Shown here: in pieces, positions 8,961-17,571 of the stretch
How the letters are laid out: every line of letters begins with the position of its first letter
Numbering within the stretch: position 1 is the stretch's first letter
Assembly: GCA_003216635.1 (NCBI GenBank)
Contig: QCIO01000006.1
Span: 17,767 to 81,766, forward strand
Source: Prochlorococcus sp. AG-402-L23
Lineage (GTDB): Bacteria; Cyanobacteriota; Cyanobacteriia; PCC-6307; Cyanobiaceae
Length of the DNA: 64,000 nt
Direction of reading: 5' to 3'
Translations under genes and position numbers: made by a program
Notes under the pieces: model-generated
Databases searched by the model: none
Seen by the model: only the letters and a program-made list of their open reading frames with translations
What the model was told of the DNA's origin: nothing

Positions 8961-10469
8961 TCAATTATTAAAATATTTATTAATAATTTTCAATACATTG
9001 ATATAACAAGGATTTTTTTTAGAAATTTGATTACTAAATTTAATTTTTTTAAAGTCGTTTTCCTCTTTGTCAATAACCAATTTCTTGTAAAAGTTTTCAA
9101 TATCATTAAAAAGATAATCTCCTTTTAATTTTTCATTTAGTTCGAAAGATAATTCAGATTTAACAGATTCTTGGCAAAAATTGGTGATTTCTTCTGAACT
9201 AATTAAAACCTTATAAATTTCTTTTTTTTCTTCTGAATTAGCATTAAAGCATAAATAAATCAGATTAATCATTGAACAATTATTATTTTTAATTTTGAAT
9301 TCTTTATAAATCTCTGGCCAAAACTTTAAAGATTTTAGACCTTCTAAACCTCCTTGATTGAGAGAGCATTTATTACACCAATTTACAAATTCTGAGATAT
9401 CTTTTGGACATCTTTTGAGTTGCAAAAGCATATCCGATAAAACTTGTCCTGCTTGAAAATTACGTGTTGGTTTTCCTTCCGTTGGTAGAGTCATACTCCC
9501 TAAAACATCAGCCTTAACAGCATTTAATTGAGAAAAAGTATAATCTCCTTTTTCACAAAATTTATCATTAATTATTTCCTTTGCACTAATAATTTCTTCA
9601 CCATAACCAAGTTCTTTTAATGAAAGATATTCATTCTCTAATTTATTTTTTTTTCTAACTTGTAATGATAATGATGCAGCCTGATCTAAACATTGAGTTA
9701 ATAAAATCGTATTAATGGTAGGTAGCATTCCGGGCTTATCGGAATGAAAGTTATTTACAAAACCTGCAAATATGGATGAGATATTTTTTATTGATTTTAT
9801 ATATTGACATTCAATATTATGAACTCCAGGAGAAACTTGAATTTTCGGTGATAATTGATTCAAAATGCGAGCTCCTATTAAAGCAGTTAGGGCATCAGGA
9901 TGGCAGAAATTTGCAGTAAAACTATCATTAGGATTTCGTAAAGCGCCGTGACGATGAAATCCTGTAAAAAAAGCTAAATTTGGATATTTATTACAAAGAA
10001 TAAAAGGGGTTTTATTTATATTATCAATGCAAAAAGAACCGACGAGACAGCCAAGAACAACATTTTCTCTTTTTAAAGTTTTTCTGAGTTTTAAAGCATA
10101 TTTAATATCATCTTGTATGTGATTACTGTTTGAAGCAAGAATAACTATCTCACATTCCAAGAGAAGATCTTTTAGATCAAAAGACTTTCTTTCTCCCTCT
10201 GAAGAATAATGTCCCATTCTCTTAATCTTTTCAATAATCTCATCATCCATATAAGAAAGAACATCATTTGAGAAAGCACCTAACAAATCTCTATCTTCCC
10301 TAGGAGCCAAGAGAATATTGTTTGATTTTCCATGCATAGCACAGTTGTATGCTAATGATGCAGGATATAAACCAACACTGTAGAATCCAACTTTGCTGTT
10401 CTCTATATCTTCAATCAATGAATAAAAATATTTTTCATCATTTATGTTTTCTATGAAATTATTCTTCAT
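8961..10469 (-). CDS. Divergent NAD(P)H-dependent glycerol-3-phosphate dehydrogenase-like protein (GpsA fold)
   Basis: Manual alignment to the E. coli GpsA motif series in correct order: [50 protein letters not shown]...TRNFQAG, LEGL (see findings). Confidence 0.65.
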   Translation of the reverse strand: [502 protein letters not shown]

Positions 10470-10559
10470 TTTTGGAAATTCTTGATAATTTTTTTAATTT
10501 CTTACCCATACCAACATTTATTTACTTTAAAGCAATTTTTGACCATAGCAAATTATTTA

Positions 10560-10589
10560 TTGAAAATATTGAATTTTTTAATTTATAAT
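10560..10589 (+). promoter_or_regulatory. Putative sigma70 promoter for stpA
   Basis: TTGAAA (10560-10565), 18-nt spacer, TATAAT (10584-10589), 45 nt upstream of the ATG. The AT-rich context lowers specificity. Confidence 0.45.
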
Positions 10590-10634
10590 TTCTATGCAAA
10601 TGGAAATTAAATTAAAAGAAAAATAATTATAAAT

Positions 10635-11855
10635 ATGGATTATATGGCAAGTAATTTAAAGGTACAAAAACAATTAATTTCTTCTAAAAATATATTATTT
10701 ATTCAAGATATTGACGGAGTTTGTATCCCTTTAGTTAAAGATCCAATGACAAGAGAATTAGAATCAAAATATATCTATGCAGTAAAAGAATTTGCCGAGG
10801 AATTCTTTGTATTAACTTGCGGGGAACATGAAGGTCCAAGAGGGGTTAACAGAATAATTGAGAGGAGTTTAAGGAGCACTACTGAGCCTAAAAGCAAAGA
10901 ATTATATTTAAGAGGTTTAGCTGCTTGTGGAGTAGAGTATCAAGACAACAATGGTGAAATAAGTTTTGAAGGAGTCTCAGAAAAAGAATTAAATTTTTTA
11001 TCTAAAGTACCTAGTTTAATAAGACCAAAATTTAATTTGATAGTTAAGAATATTTTTCCTGAACTTAGCCAAGAAGATATCAATTTTCACGCGGTAAAAT
11101 CAATATGCGAAACACGCTTTTCGCCAACGATTAATTTCAATAGTCTATTTGATTTAGTTCACAAAGATTCTGATAAAAGAAAGCTTATTCAAATTAGTTT
11201 TGAAAAAATGATGAATGAAATCATCTTAAAAGCTGAATCAGAAGGGCTAAAAAACTCATTTTTTCTTCATATTTCTCCAAATTTAGGGAATAAAAATGAT
11301 AGAGAAATAATTAAACTTTCTTCCAAAGATGATATTGGATCAACAGACATACAAATACTTATTAGAGGGGCAGTTAAAGATTCTGGAGTCTTATTTCTTT
11401 TAAATAAATTTATTAAGATTAAAACTGGCAAAGCTCCTTTTGGAAATAATTTTAATTTTAAAAATTCCCCAAAATCTGTCAGAGAAAAAATTGATTTATG
11501 CAAACGATCTATCCACATAGATGATATGCCTTTAATAGTGGGAGTTGGGGATACAGTAACATCTAAAAAAATTAATGATGAGAAAAGTTATTTAAGAGGT
11601 GGAAGTGATAGGTCTTTTCTAGAATTTATACAAATATTAGGTAATGAATTTAGTATCAATAATAAAATAATATTTGTAGACAGTAGTTCTGGAGAAGTTG
11701 AAAGACCTTCTACAAAAAAAACTGGTTTGATAGGGATCAGTGATTTTTATGACAACTTAAAGTTTGATATGGTTTTTAAAAATGGTCCCAAAGAATATAT
11801 AAGTTGGTTCATTGAACTTGCTAATAAGAGATCTAACTTTAAAAAAAATAGTTGA
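10635..11855 (+). CDS. stpA: Glucosylglycerol-3-phosphate phosphatase StpA/GgpP (HAD family)
   Basis: HAD motif I IQDIDGVCIPLVKDP, LTCGEHEG.RGVNRI, GLAACGVEYQ, ISPNLG, GVGDTVTS and GGSDRSFL. Confidence 0.88.
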   Translation: MDYMASNLKVQKQLISSKNILFIQDIDGVCIPLVKDPMTRELESKYIYAVKEFAEEFFVLTCGEHEGPRGVNRIIERSLRSTTEPKSKELYLRGLAACGVEYQDNNGEISFEGVSEKELNFLSKVPSLIRPKFNLIVKNIFPELSQEDINFHAVKSICETRFSPTINFNSLFDLVHKDSDKRKLIQISFEKMMNEIILKAESEGLKNSFFLHISPNLGNKNDREIIKLSSKDDIGSTDIQILIRGAVKDSGVLFLLNKFIKIKTGKAPFGNNFNFKNSPKSVREKIDLCKRSIHIDDMPLIVGVGDTVTSKKINDEKSYLRGGSDRSFLEFIQILGNEFSINNKIIFVDSSSGEVERPSTKKTGLIGISDFYDNLKFDMVFKNGPKEYISWFIELANKRSNFKKNS

Positions 11856-11895
11856 CTTTTTAATTTTCGAATGACAATTTATAAATAATATATTT

Positions 11896-12828
11896 ATGAA
11901 AGAAAAATTCCCCTCAATCTATAAAGAACCTATAGAAACATTGCAAATTAATATAGGTTATAAATGCAACCAGGCTTGCAAGCATTGTCATGTCAATTCA
12001 AGTCCCCTAAGAACTGAAAAGATGTCAAATGAAGTAGTATCTCTTATTCCAAAAATAATTGAAAAATACAAAATTAAGACTTTAGATATTACAGGTGGCG
12101 CGCCAGAACTTCACCCAGAGTTTAAAAACCTAATAACCAGTTTGAGCACAAAACAAGTTAATATTATTGACAGGTGCAATTTGACAATTTTCTTTGAAGA
12201 AGGTTATAAAGATCTTCCTCAATTTCTTGCAAAGAATAAAGTGATAGTTTCGGCTTCGCTACCATGTTACGAAAAAAATAATGTTGAGTTTCAAAGGGGT
12301 CTAGGGGTTTTTGAAAAAAGTATTAATGCTATAAAAATACTCAATGATTTAGGCTACGGGAGGAGAGAGAATGGATTGCAATTAAATCTTGTTTACAATC
12401 CTGTAAGCCCAATTCTTCCTCCTTCTCAGAAAATATTGGAACAAGACTATAAAAAAATATTATACGAAAAATATAATATTGTTTTTAATAATTTATACAC
12501 AATAACTAATATGCCAATAAATAGATATGAAGAATCTCTAAGAAGAGAAGGGAAACTTAATACTTATTACAAATTACTAAAAGAAAATTTTAATGAAAAT
12601 AATTTAGAAAACCTTATGTGCAAAAAAACTATTAGTGTAAATTGGCTTGGAGAAATTTATGATTGTGACTTTAACCAACAGATAAATTTCCGAGAGAATA
12701 AAGGACCAAAGACACTTTTTGATCTATTGGATGAATCATTTACTTTTGACTACAAGGTAGCGGTAAAAGAACATTGCTTTGCTTGCACTGCAGGAGCAGG
12801 ATCAAGTTGTGGAGGGACTTTAAGTTAA
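11896..12828 (+). CDS. arsS: ArsS-type radical SAM protein with Cys-rich C-terminal domain (DUF3641-like)
   Basis: LQINIGYKCNQACKHCHV (CxxxCxxC), LDITGGAPELHP, SLPCY, LVYNP, YDCDFNQ and HCFACTAGAGSSCGG. Confidence 0.8.
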   Translation: MKEKFPSIYKEPIETLQINIGYKCNQACKHCHVNSSPLRTEKMSNEVVSLIPKIIEKYKIKTLDITGGAPELHPEFKNLITSLSTKQVNIIDRCNLTIFFEEGYKDLPQFLAKNKVIVSASLPCYEKNNVEFQRGLGVFEKSINAIKILNDLGYGRRENGLQLNLVYNPVSPILPPSQKILEQDYKKILYEKYNIVFNNLYTITNMPINRYEESLRREGKLNTYYKLLKENFNENNLENLMCKKTISVNWLGEIYDCDFNQQINFRENKGPKTLFDLLDESFTFDYKVAVKEHCFACTAGAGSSCGGTLS

Positions 12829-12834
12829 AATCTG

Positions 12835-13290
12835 CTAAATACAATTAGGACATATAGCTCTTACGTTTAAAGAGGATTCAATGAGTTTAAACCCATTAAT
12901 TTTTGCTGCAACTTTTCCTGCTTCTAAAACATCATCATTTTCAAATTCTTCAGTTCTTCCACACCTAATACAAATTAAATGATGATGATCAGGAGTGTCG
13001 TTACTAAGCAATTCATATCTGTGTCCGCCCTCACTAAGTTCTAATTCATGAAGCAAACCCATTTGTACCAAAAGTCTTAAAGTTCTATAAATTGTTGCAA
13101 GCGAAACTTTGGAACTTGATTTAACTAACTTTTCATGAACCTCTTCAGCACTAAGATGCTTTCCAGAACCAATATTTTCAAATAAATTAAGAACCTTAAG
13201 CCTCTGAGGAGTTAACCTCTTCCCATCTTTATGTAAACCATCGCCAAGAGGAGATGTAATGACATTGTATTGAGAGGATAATGACAACAA
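12835..13290 (-). CDS. fur: Fur-family transcriptional regulator
   Basis: RLTPQR, HLSAEE, SLATIYRTL, ELELSEG, HHHLICIRCG and C-terminal CPNC. TTG start. Confidence 0.9.
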   Translation of the reverse strand: MLSLSSQYNVITSPLGDGLHKDGKRLTPQRLKVLNLFENIGSGKHLSAEEVHEKLVKSSSKVSLATIYRTLRLLVQMGLLHELELSEGGHRYELLSNDTPDHHHLICIRCGRTEEFENDDVLEAGKVAAKINGFKLIESSLNVRAICPNCI

Positions 13291-13314
13291 CTAACCCATT
13301 ACTATTCTCAATAA

Positions 13315-13333
13315 TAACTCTAAATGAGAGTTA
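13315..13333. promoter_or_regulatory. 19-bp inverted repeat in the fur/isochorismatase divergent promoter (candidate operator)
   Basis: TAACTCT-AAATG-AGAGTTA, a perfect 7-5-7 inverted repeat. Confidence 0.4.
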
Positions 13334-13407
13334 AACAACTTTTTAATTTAAAATGTTTACTAAAGTTCTTCAAATTATTATGTTGAATATATCTTTAAAT
13401 ACAACTG

Positions 13408-13974
13408 ATGAATGATCATGAAAAATCTTATGATAAACCATCACCGAAAGTGAATGCTTTAATAATCATAGATGTTCAAGAAAAAATTATAAGAGCAATA
13501 TTTAATAAGGATTCAATAACCAAAAACATCAAAAAACTTATAGATGCCTACCAAATTTTAGAAGAAAACATTTTTATATCTGAACAGAACCCATTCAAAC
13601 TGGGCACAACCATCCCTGAATTATTGCCCAAAACTGGATTTAAAAAAATTGAAAAAATGGAATTTAGCTTAGCTAACATACAAGAATTTTTGAAAGAAAT
13701 TAAAAATAAGAAAATTACAAATTTGATAGTTTGTGGTATCGAAACGCATATTTGTATTCAACAAACTGTCTTAGATTGTTTACAAAAAGGATTTGAAGTT
13801 ATTCTCGTATCAGATGCTATGAGCAGTCGAAACAGGGTAGATCATGAAATAGCCTTACAAAGAATGACTCAGAGTGGGGCGATCTTAACAACAACTGAAT
13901 CAATAATTTTTGAATTATGCAAAACTGCGAATAGAAAAGAATTTAAAGAAATTAGAAATATAATAATGAGTTAA
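13408..13974 (+). CDS. Isochorismatase-family cysteine hydrolase (YcaC-like)
   Basis: ALIIIDVQEK, SEQNPFKLGTTIPEL, KMEFS and GIETHICIQQT. Confidence 0.88.
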   Translation: MNDHEKSYDKPSPKVNALIIIDVQEKIIRAIFNKDSITKNIKKLIDAYQILEENIFISEQNPFKLGTTIPELLPKTGFKKIEKMEFSLANIQEFLKEIKNKKITNLIVCGIETHICIQQTVLDCLQKGFEVILVSDAMSSRNRVDHEIALQRMTQSGAILTTTESIIFELCKTANRKEFKEIRNIIMS

Positions 13975-14046
13975 ATAAAAATAAAGACTGGTTTGTTGTT
14001 TAGAGATAATTTAAAATTTTATTAGAGATAAATTTTTAAGGTTTAT

Positions 14047-15084
14047 TTGAATATGAAATTAGTTACTGAAAACTTCCTTCTGGCAATATCTATTTTATTT
14101 ATTGGAACTTTATTGTCGATAATAATTTCTAAACTTTCAAAAATATTTTTAAAAAAGGTTTCCAAAAGAACAAAAACAAATTTCGATGATTTTATTTTTG
14201 AGGTGATCTCTGGAATTATAAAACCTATAGGTTTCCTCCTCTCATTTTATTTTTCAATTGACTATTTTTTTGCTGATGAAATAACTTTTATCTCTGTCTT
14301 ATTGAATATTTTGAAATTATTTATATTAATAATCATCATAAAAGCTCTCAACAAAGTTTTAATAAGATCTTTAACAGAATCGACCTCGAAAATTAATGAT
14401 TCCTCAATTAGTTCAATGGTATCTTCACTAACTCCATTGATAAAAGCATTAACATGGACTATTGGCTCAATATTTTTCTTACAAAATATTGGTGTTCAAA
14501 TGACTGCTATTTGGGCTTTACTAAGTGCAGGGGGAATTGGAGCAGGATTAGCTTTGAAAGATCCAGTTCAGGAGTTTTTTGAATATATAACAATTTTGCT
14601 TGATAAACCTTTTCAAAAAGGTGAGTTTATAAAATCTGATGGAGTCCTCGGAATGGTTGAGAGAGTCGGAGTAAGATCCTCAAGGATAAGAAGTATTAAT
14701 GGAGAAGTAATAGTAATGAGCAACAGCGCCCTAACAAATGGAATAATTTCAAATTATGCACAAATGGAAAAAAGGAGGTTAGTGCATAAATTGGGAGTTG
14801 TTTATGAAACCTCTCCAAAACTTATGAAATTGATTCCAATAATAATTAAAAAAATAGTTGAAGAGACAAAAGATGTCTCTTTTGATAGATGTCATTTCAC
14901 AGATTTCGGCGACTTCAGTCTTAATTTCGAACTTGTTTATTACATCCCAACAAATAATTATCTCGCTGCAATGGAAGCTCAACAATCTATAAATTTAAGA
15001 ATTATTGAGGAATTTGCGGTTAATAATATAGAGTTTGCATTCCCAACACAAACCTTAAATATTGAAAGTAACAAAGCCAAATGA
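14047..15084 (+). CDS. mscS: Small-conductance mechanosensitive channel, MscS family
   Basis: N-terminal transmembrane segments, GIGAGLALKD, ILLDKPFQKGEFI, GMVERVGVRSSRIR and IEFAFPTQTL. Confidence 0.92.
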   Translation: MNMKLVTENFLLAISILFIGTLLSIIISKLSKIFLKKVSKRTKTNFDDFIFEVISGIIKPIGFLLSFYFSIDYFFADEITFISVLLNILKLFILIIIIKALNKVLIRSLTESTSKINDSSISSMVSSLTPLIKALTWTIGSIFFLQNIGVQMTAIWALLSAGGIGAGLALKDPVQEFFEYITILLDKPFQKGEFIKSDGVLGMVERVGVRSSRIRSINGEVIVMSNSALTNGIISNYAQMEKRRLVHKLGVVYETSPKLMKLIPIIIKKIVEETKDVSFDRCHFTDFGDFSLNFELVYYIPTNNYLAAMEAQQSINLRIIEEFAVNNIEFAFPTQTLNIESNKAK

Positions 15085-16056
15085 TTTACAAATATCTTCA
15101 CTTAAAATCCAGAGTTTTGATGCCAACTCAGAATTATTTGCCTCATCACTAACCTTACTTTCAACTAATTTATGTTTTTTAAAAGATATAAGTTTATTAC
15201 TTAGATGAACGTAACCAATATTATTAAAATTTGAATCAAAAACAATTTCGGAAAGTATCTTACCAGCATTTTCTATACTTTCAGAAATTCCTAAAATATT
15301 TTTTGCAACTTTAGAAAATATCAAATATCCAAAGAGATTAAAACTTTTACTATATCTAAAAAAACCTGAATCGTCATTTGGTATTACGAGACCGGGAGCC
15401 CAAGTAATTACAGAAATTTTACTAGATGATAATTTTAATTTTTTTGCAAGTTCTTTAGCAAACAAAATATTACATAACTTACTATTTTTATAAGATTCAT
15501 CAGCATTAAAATTTAAAAATTGACCAGTAACTTTTTTTCTAAAATCAACTAGATTTTTAAGCCCTGCTTTCTTTCCTATATTTCCACCTGAGCTATTGGG
15601 ATCGTGTACATCTGATGATGTAATAATGATTCTAGATTCTTCTTTATCTCTAACTAAATCTTTTAAGATGTTCACTAAGTAAAAATGTGCAAGATGATTA
15701 ACTGCAAAAGTTAGTTCTACCCCTTGTTTTGATACTTTAGGGTAAAAAGAACCCGTATATTGCAATCCTGCATTTAAAACAACAACTTCTAAGAAAATCT
15801 TTTTACTAATAAAGTAATCCTTAATTTTTTTAATATTTTCAAGATTTGAAAGATCACAATTTTCAATAATATTTAAATATTTACTGAGGTAATTTTTATC
15901 AAAATATTTCTGAATTGTTTTAAGAAATTCATTCTTTCTTAATTCAGATTTTATTACAACGTATAAATTATTTTTCGTCTTTAGTAAATTAATAATAGCG
16001 AAAAGCCCTATACCTGAATTCCCTCCAGTAATTAAAATATTTTTATTTTTAATCAT
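15055..16056 (-). CDS. SDR oxidoreductase resembling light-dependent protochlorophyllide reductase (POR-like paralog)
   Basis: ILITGGNSGIG, VLNAGLQY, FAVNHLAHF, ITSSDVHDP and YKNSKLCN. Confidence 0.8.
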   Translation of the reverse strand: MIKNKNILITGGNSGIGLFAIINLLKTKNNLYVVIKSELRKNEFLKTIQKYFDKNYLSKYLNIIENCDLSNLENIKKIKDYFISKKIFLEVVVLNAGLQYTGSFYPKVSKQGVELTFAVNHLAHFYLVNILKDLVRDKEESRIIITSSDVHDPNSSGGNIGKKAGLKNLVDFRKKVTGQFLNFNADESYKNSKLCNILFAKELAKKLKLSSSKISVITWAPGLVIPNDDSGFFRYSKSFNLFGYLIFSKVAKNILGISESIENAGKILSEIVFDSNFNNIGYVHLSNKLISFKKHKLVESKVSDEANNSELASKLWILSEDICKSFGFVTFNI

Positions 16057-16280
16057 TTAATTTGCTATGTATTTTTTATAATAAAAAAAATTTTTAAGTA
16101 TTTTTTATTTTGTAATCTTATAAATTATTGTTAAAACACTGAAAAAGTAGTCACTAGTAATTGAGTAATTTGATTATTATTAACCTACTCTCATTACAAG
16201 TATTGGATGAAATATATAATCTTAAACGCAGAAGTAATAATTTGTTCCATAAATTTCTTTAAGCATAAGATTTATATTTA

Positions 16281-17564
16281 ATGTCAGAAGAAAATATACC
16301 AGATGTTCTTGTTTTGGGTGCAGGGCCTGCAGGCATGGCAATTGCTTCAGCTTTAGGGAAGGAAAAATTAGATGTTGAAGTGCTTTCTCCAAATGGACCC
16401 GATGAACCTTGGCCAAACACATATGGCATTTGGGGAAAAGAAGTTGATCAACTCGGGCTTCAGGATTTACTTGAATATAGATGGAAGAATACTGTAAGTT
16501 TTTTTGGGCATGGCGCTTTAGAAGAGCAGGACGACGAGAATAAAGCCACGGAACATTCACTAGATTATGGACTATTTGATAAAAAGAAACTTCACAATTA
16601 TTGGTTTAATGAATGCAATAAGTCTTTCATTAAATGGCATCAAGGCTTTGCGAACAAAATACATTTTGAAAAATACAACAGTACAGTAACTACAAAAGAT
16701 GGCAAGACTTACTCTGCAAGATTAGTAGTAGATGCAACAGGATATGATCCTGTTTTTCTTAAATTAAAATCGTGTGGTCCCTTAGCAGTCCAAACTTGTT
16801 ATGGGATAGTAGGTAATTTTAGTAAACCTCCACTTAAGAAAGGGCAGTTTGTATTAATGGACTATAGAAATGACCATCTTAACGATGAGAAAAAAAAAGA
16901 ACCGCCCACTTTTCTTTATGCCATGGATATGGGGGATGGGAAATATTTTCTTGAAGAGACATCTCTTGGTTTAGTAAATCCTCTAACAATGGAAAATTTA
17001 AAAGAGAGACTAGAGAAGAGGCTTTCTTATCGAAATATATCAATCACAAGCATGCAACATGAAGAGCTTGGCTTATTTCTCCCTATGAATATGCCAATCC
17101 CAGATTTCAAACAACAAATACTTGGATATGGTGGTGCTGCTTCAATGGTACATCCTGCATCTGGATATTTAATTGGTAATGTTTTAAGAAGAGCTCCACT
17201 TGTCGCTAAGGCAGTCTCAGAAGCAATTAAAAACAAAAATCTAAGTACCTATCATATTGCTAGAAAAGGTTGGGAAACTTTATGGTCAAAAGAATTAATT
17301 AGGAAAAAATCACTTTACCAATTTGGATTAGAAAAACTCATGAGGTTTGACGAGAAACTATTGAGAGAATTTTTTGGCAGTTTTTTCCAACTACCGAAAA
17401 ATCAATGGTATGGTTTTCTAACTGATACTCTTTCCTTAAAAGAGATTGTATATGCGATGTGCGTAATGTTTATAAAGGCTCCATGGAGTGTAAAGAAAGG
17501 TCTTATGATTATGCATGGTAGAGAATTTAAAATGTTACTTAGGATAATATTTCCAAACATATAG
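16281..17564 (+). CDS. crtL: Lycopene cyclase, CrtL family (likely the epsilon-cyclase CrtL-e)
   Basis: DVLVLGAGPAG, WPNTYGIW, LVVDATG, VQTCYGI, PTFLYAM, LEETSL, GGAASMVHPASGY. The epsilon assignment rests on recalled Prochlorococcus synteny, not on sequence alone. Confidence 0.9.
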   Translation: MSEENIPDVLVLGAGPAGMAIASALGKEKLDVEVLSPNGPDEPWPNTYGIWGKEVDQLGLQDLLEYRWKNTVSFFGHGALEEQDDENKATEHSLDYGLFDKKKLHNYWFNECNKSFIKWHQGFANKIHFEKYNSTVTTKDGKTYSARLVVDATGYDPVFLKLKSCGPLAVQTCYGIVGNFSKPPLKKGQFVLMDYRNDHLNDEKKKEPPTFLYAMDMGDGKYFLEETSLGLVNPLTMENLKERLEKRLSYRNISITSMQHEELGLFLPMNMPIPDFKQQILGYGGAASMVHPASGYLIGNVLRRAPLVAKAVSEAIKNKNLSTYHIARKGWETLWSKELIRKKSLYQFGLEKLMRFDEKLLREFFGSFFQLPKNQWYGFLTDTLSLKEIVYAMCVMFIKAPWSVKKGLMIMHGREFKMLLRIIFPNI

Positions 17565-17571
17565 TTTAAAA

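Noticed and set aside
11896-12828. Selenocysteine recoding in the ArsS-type protein
   Set aside because: There is no in-frame TGA and the ORF ends in TAA.
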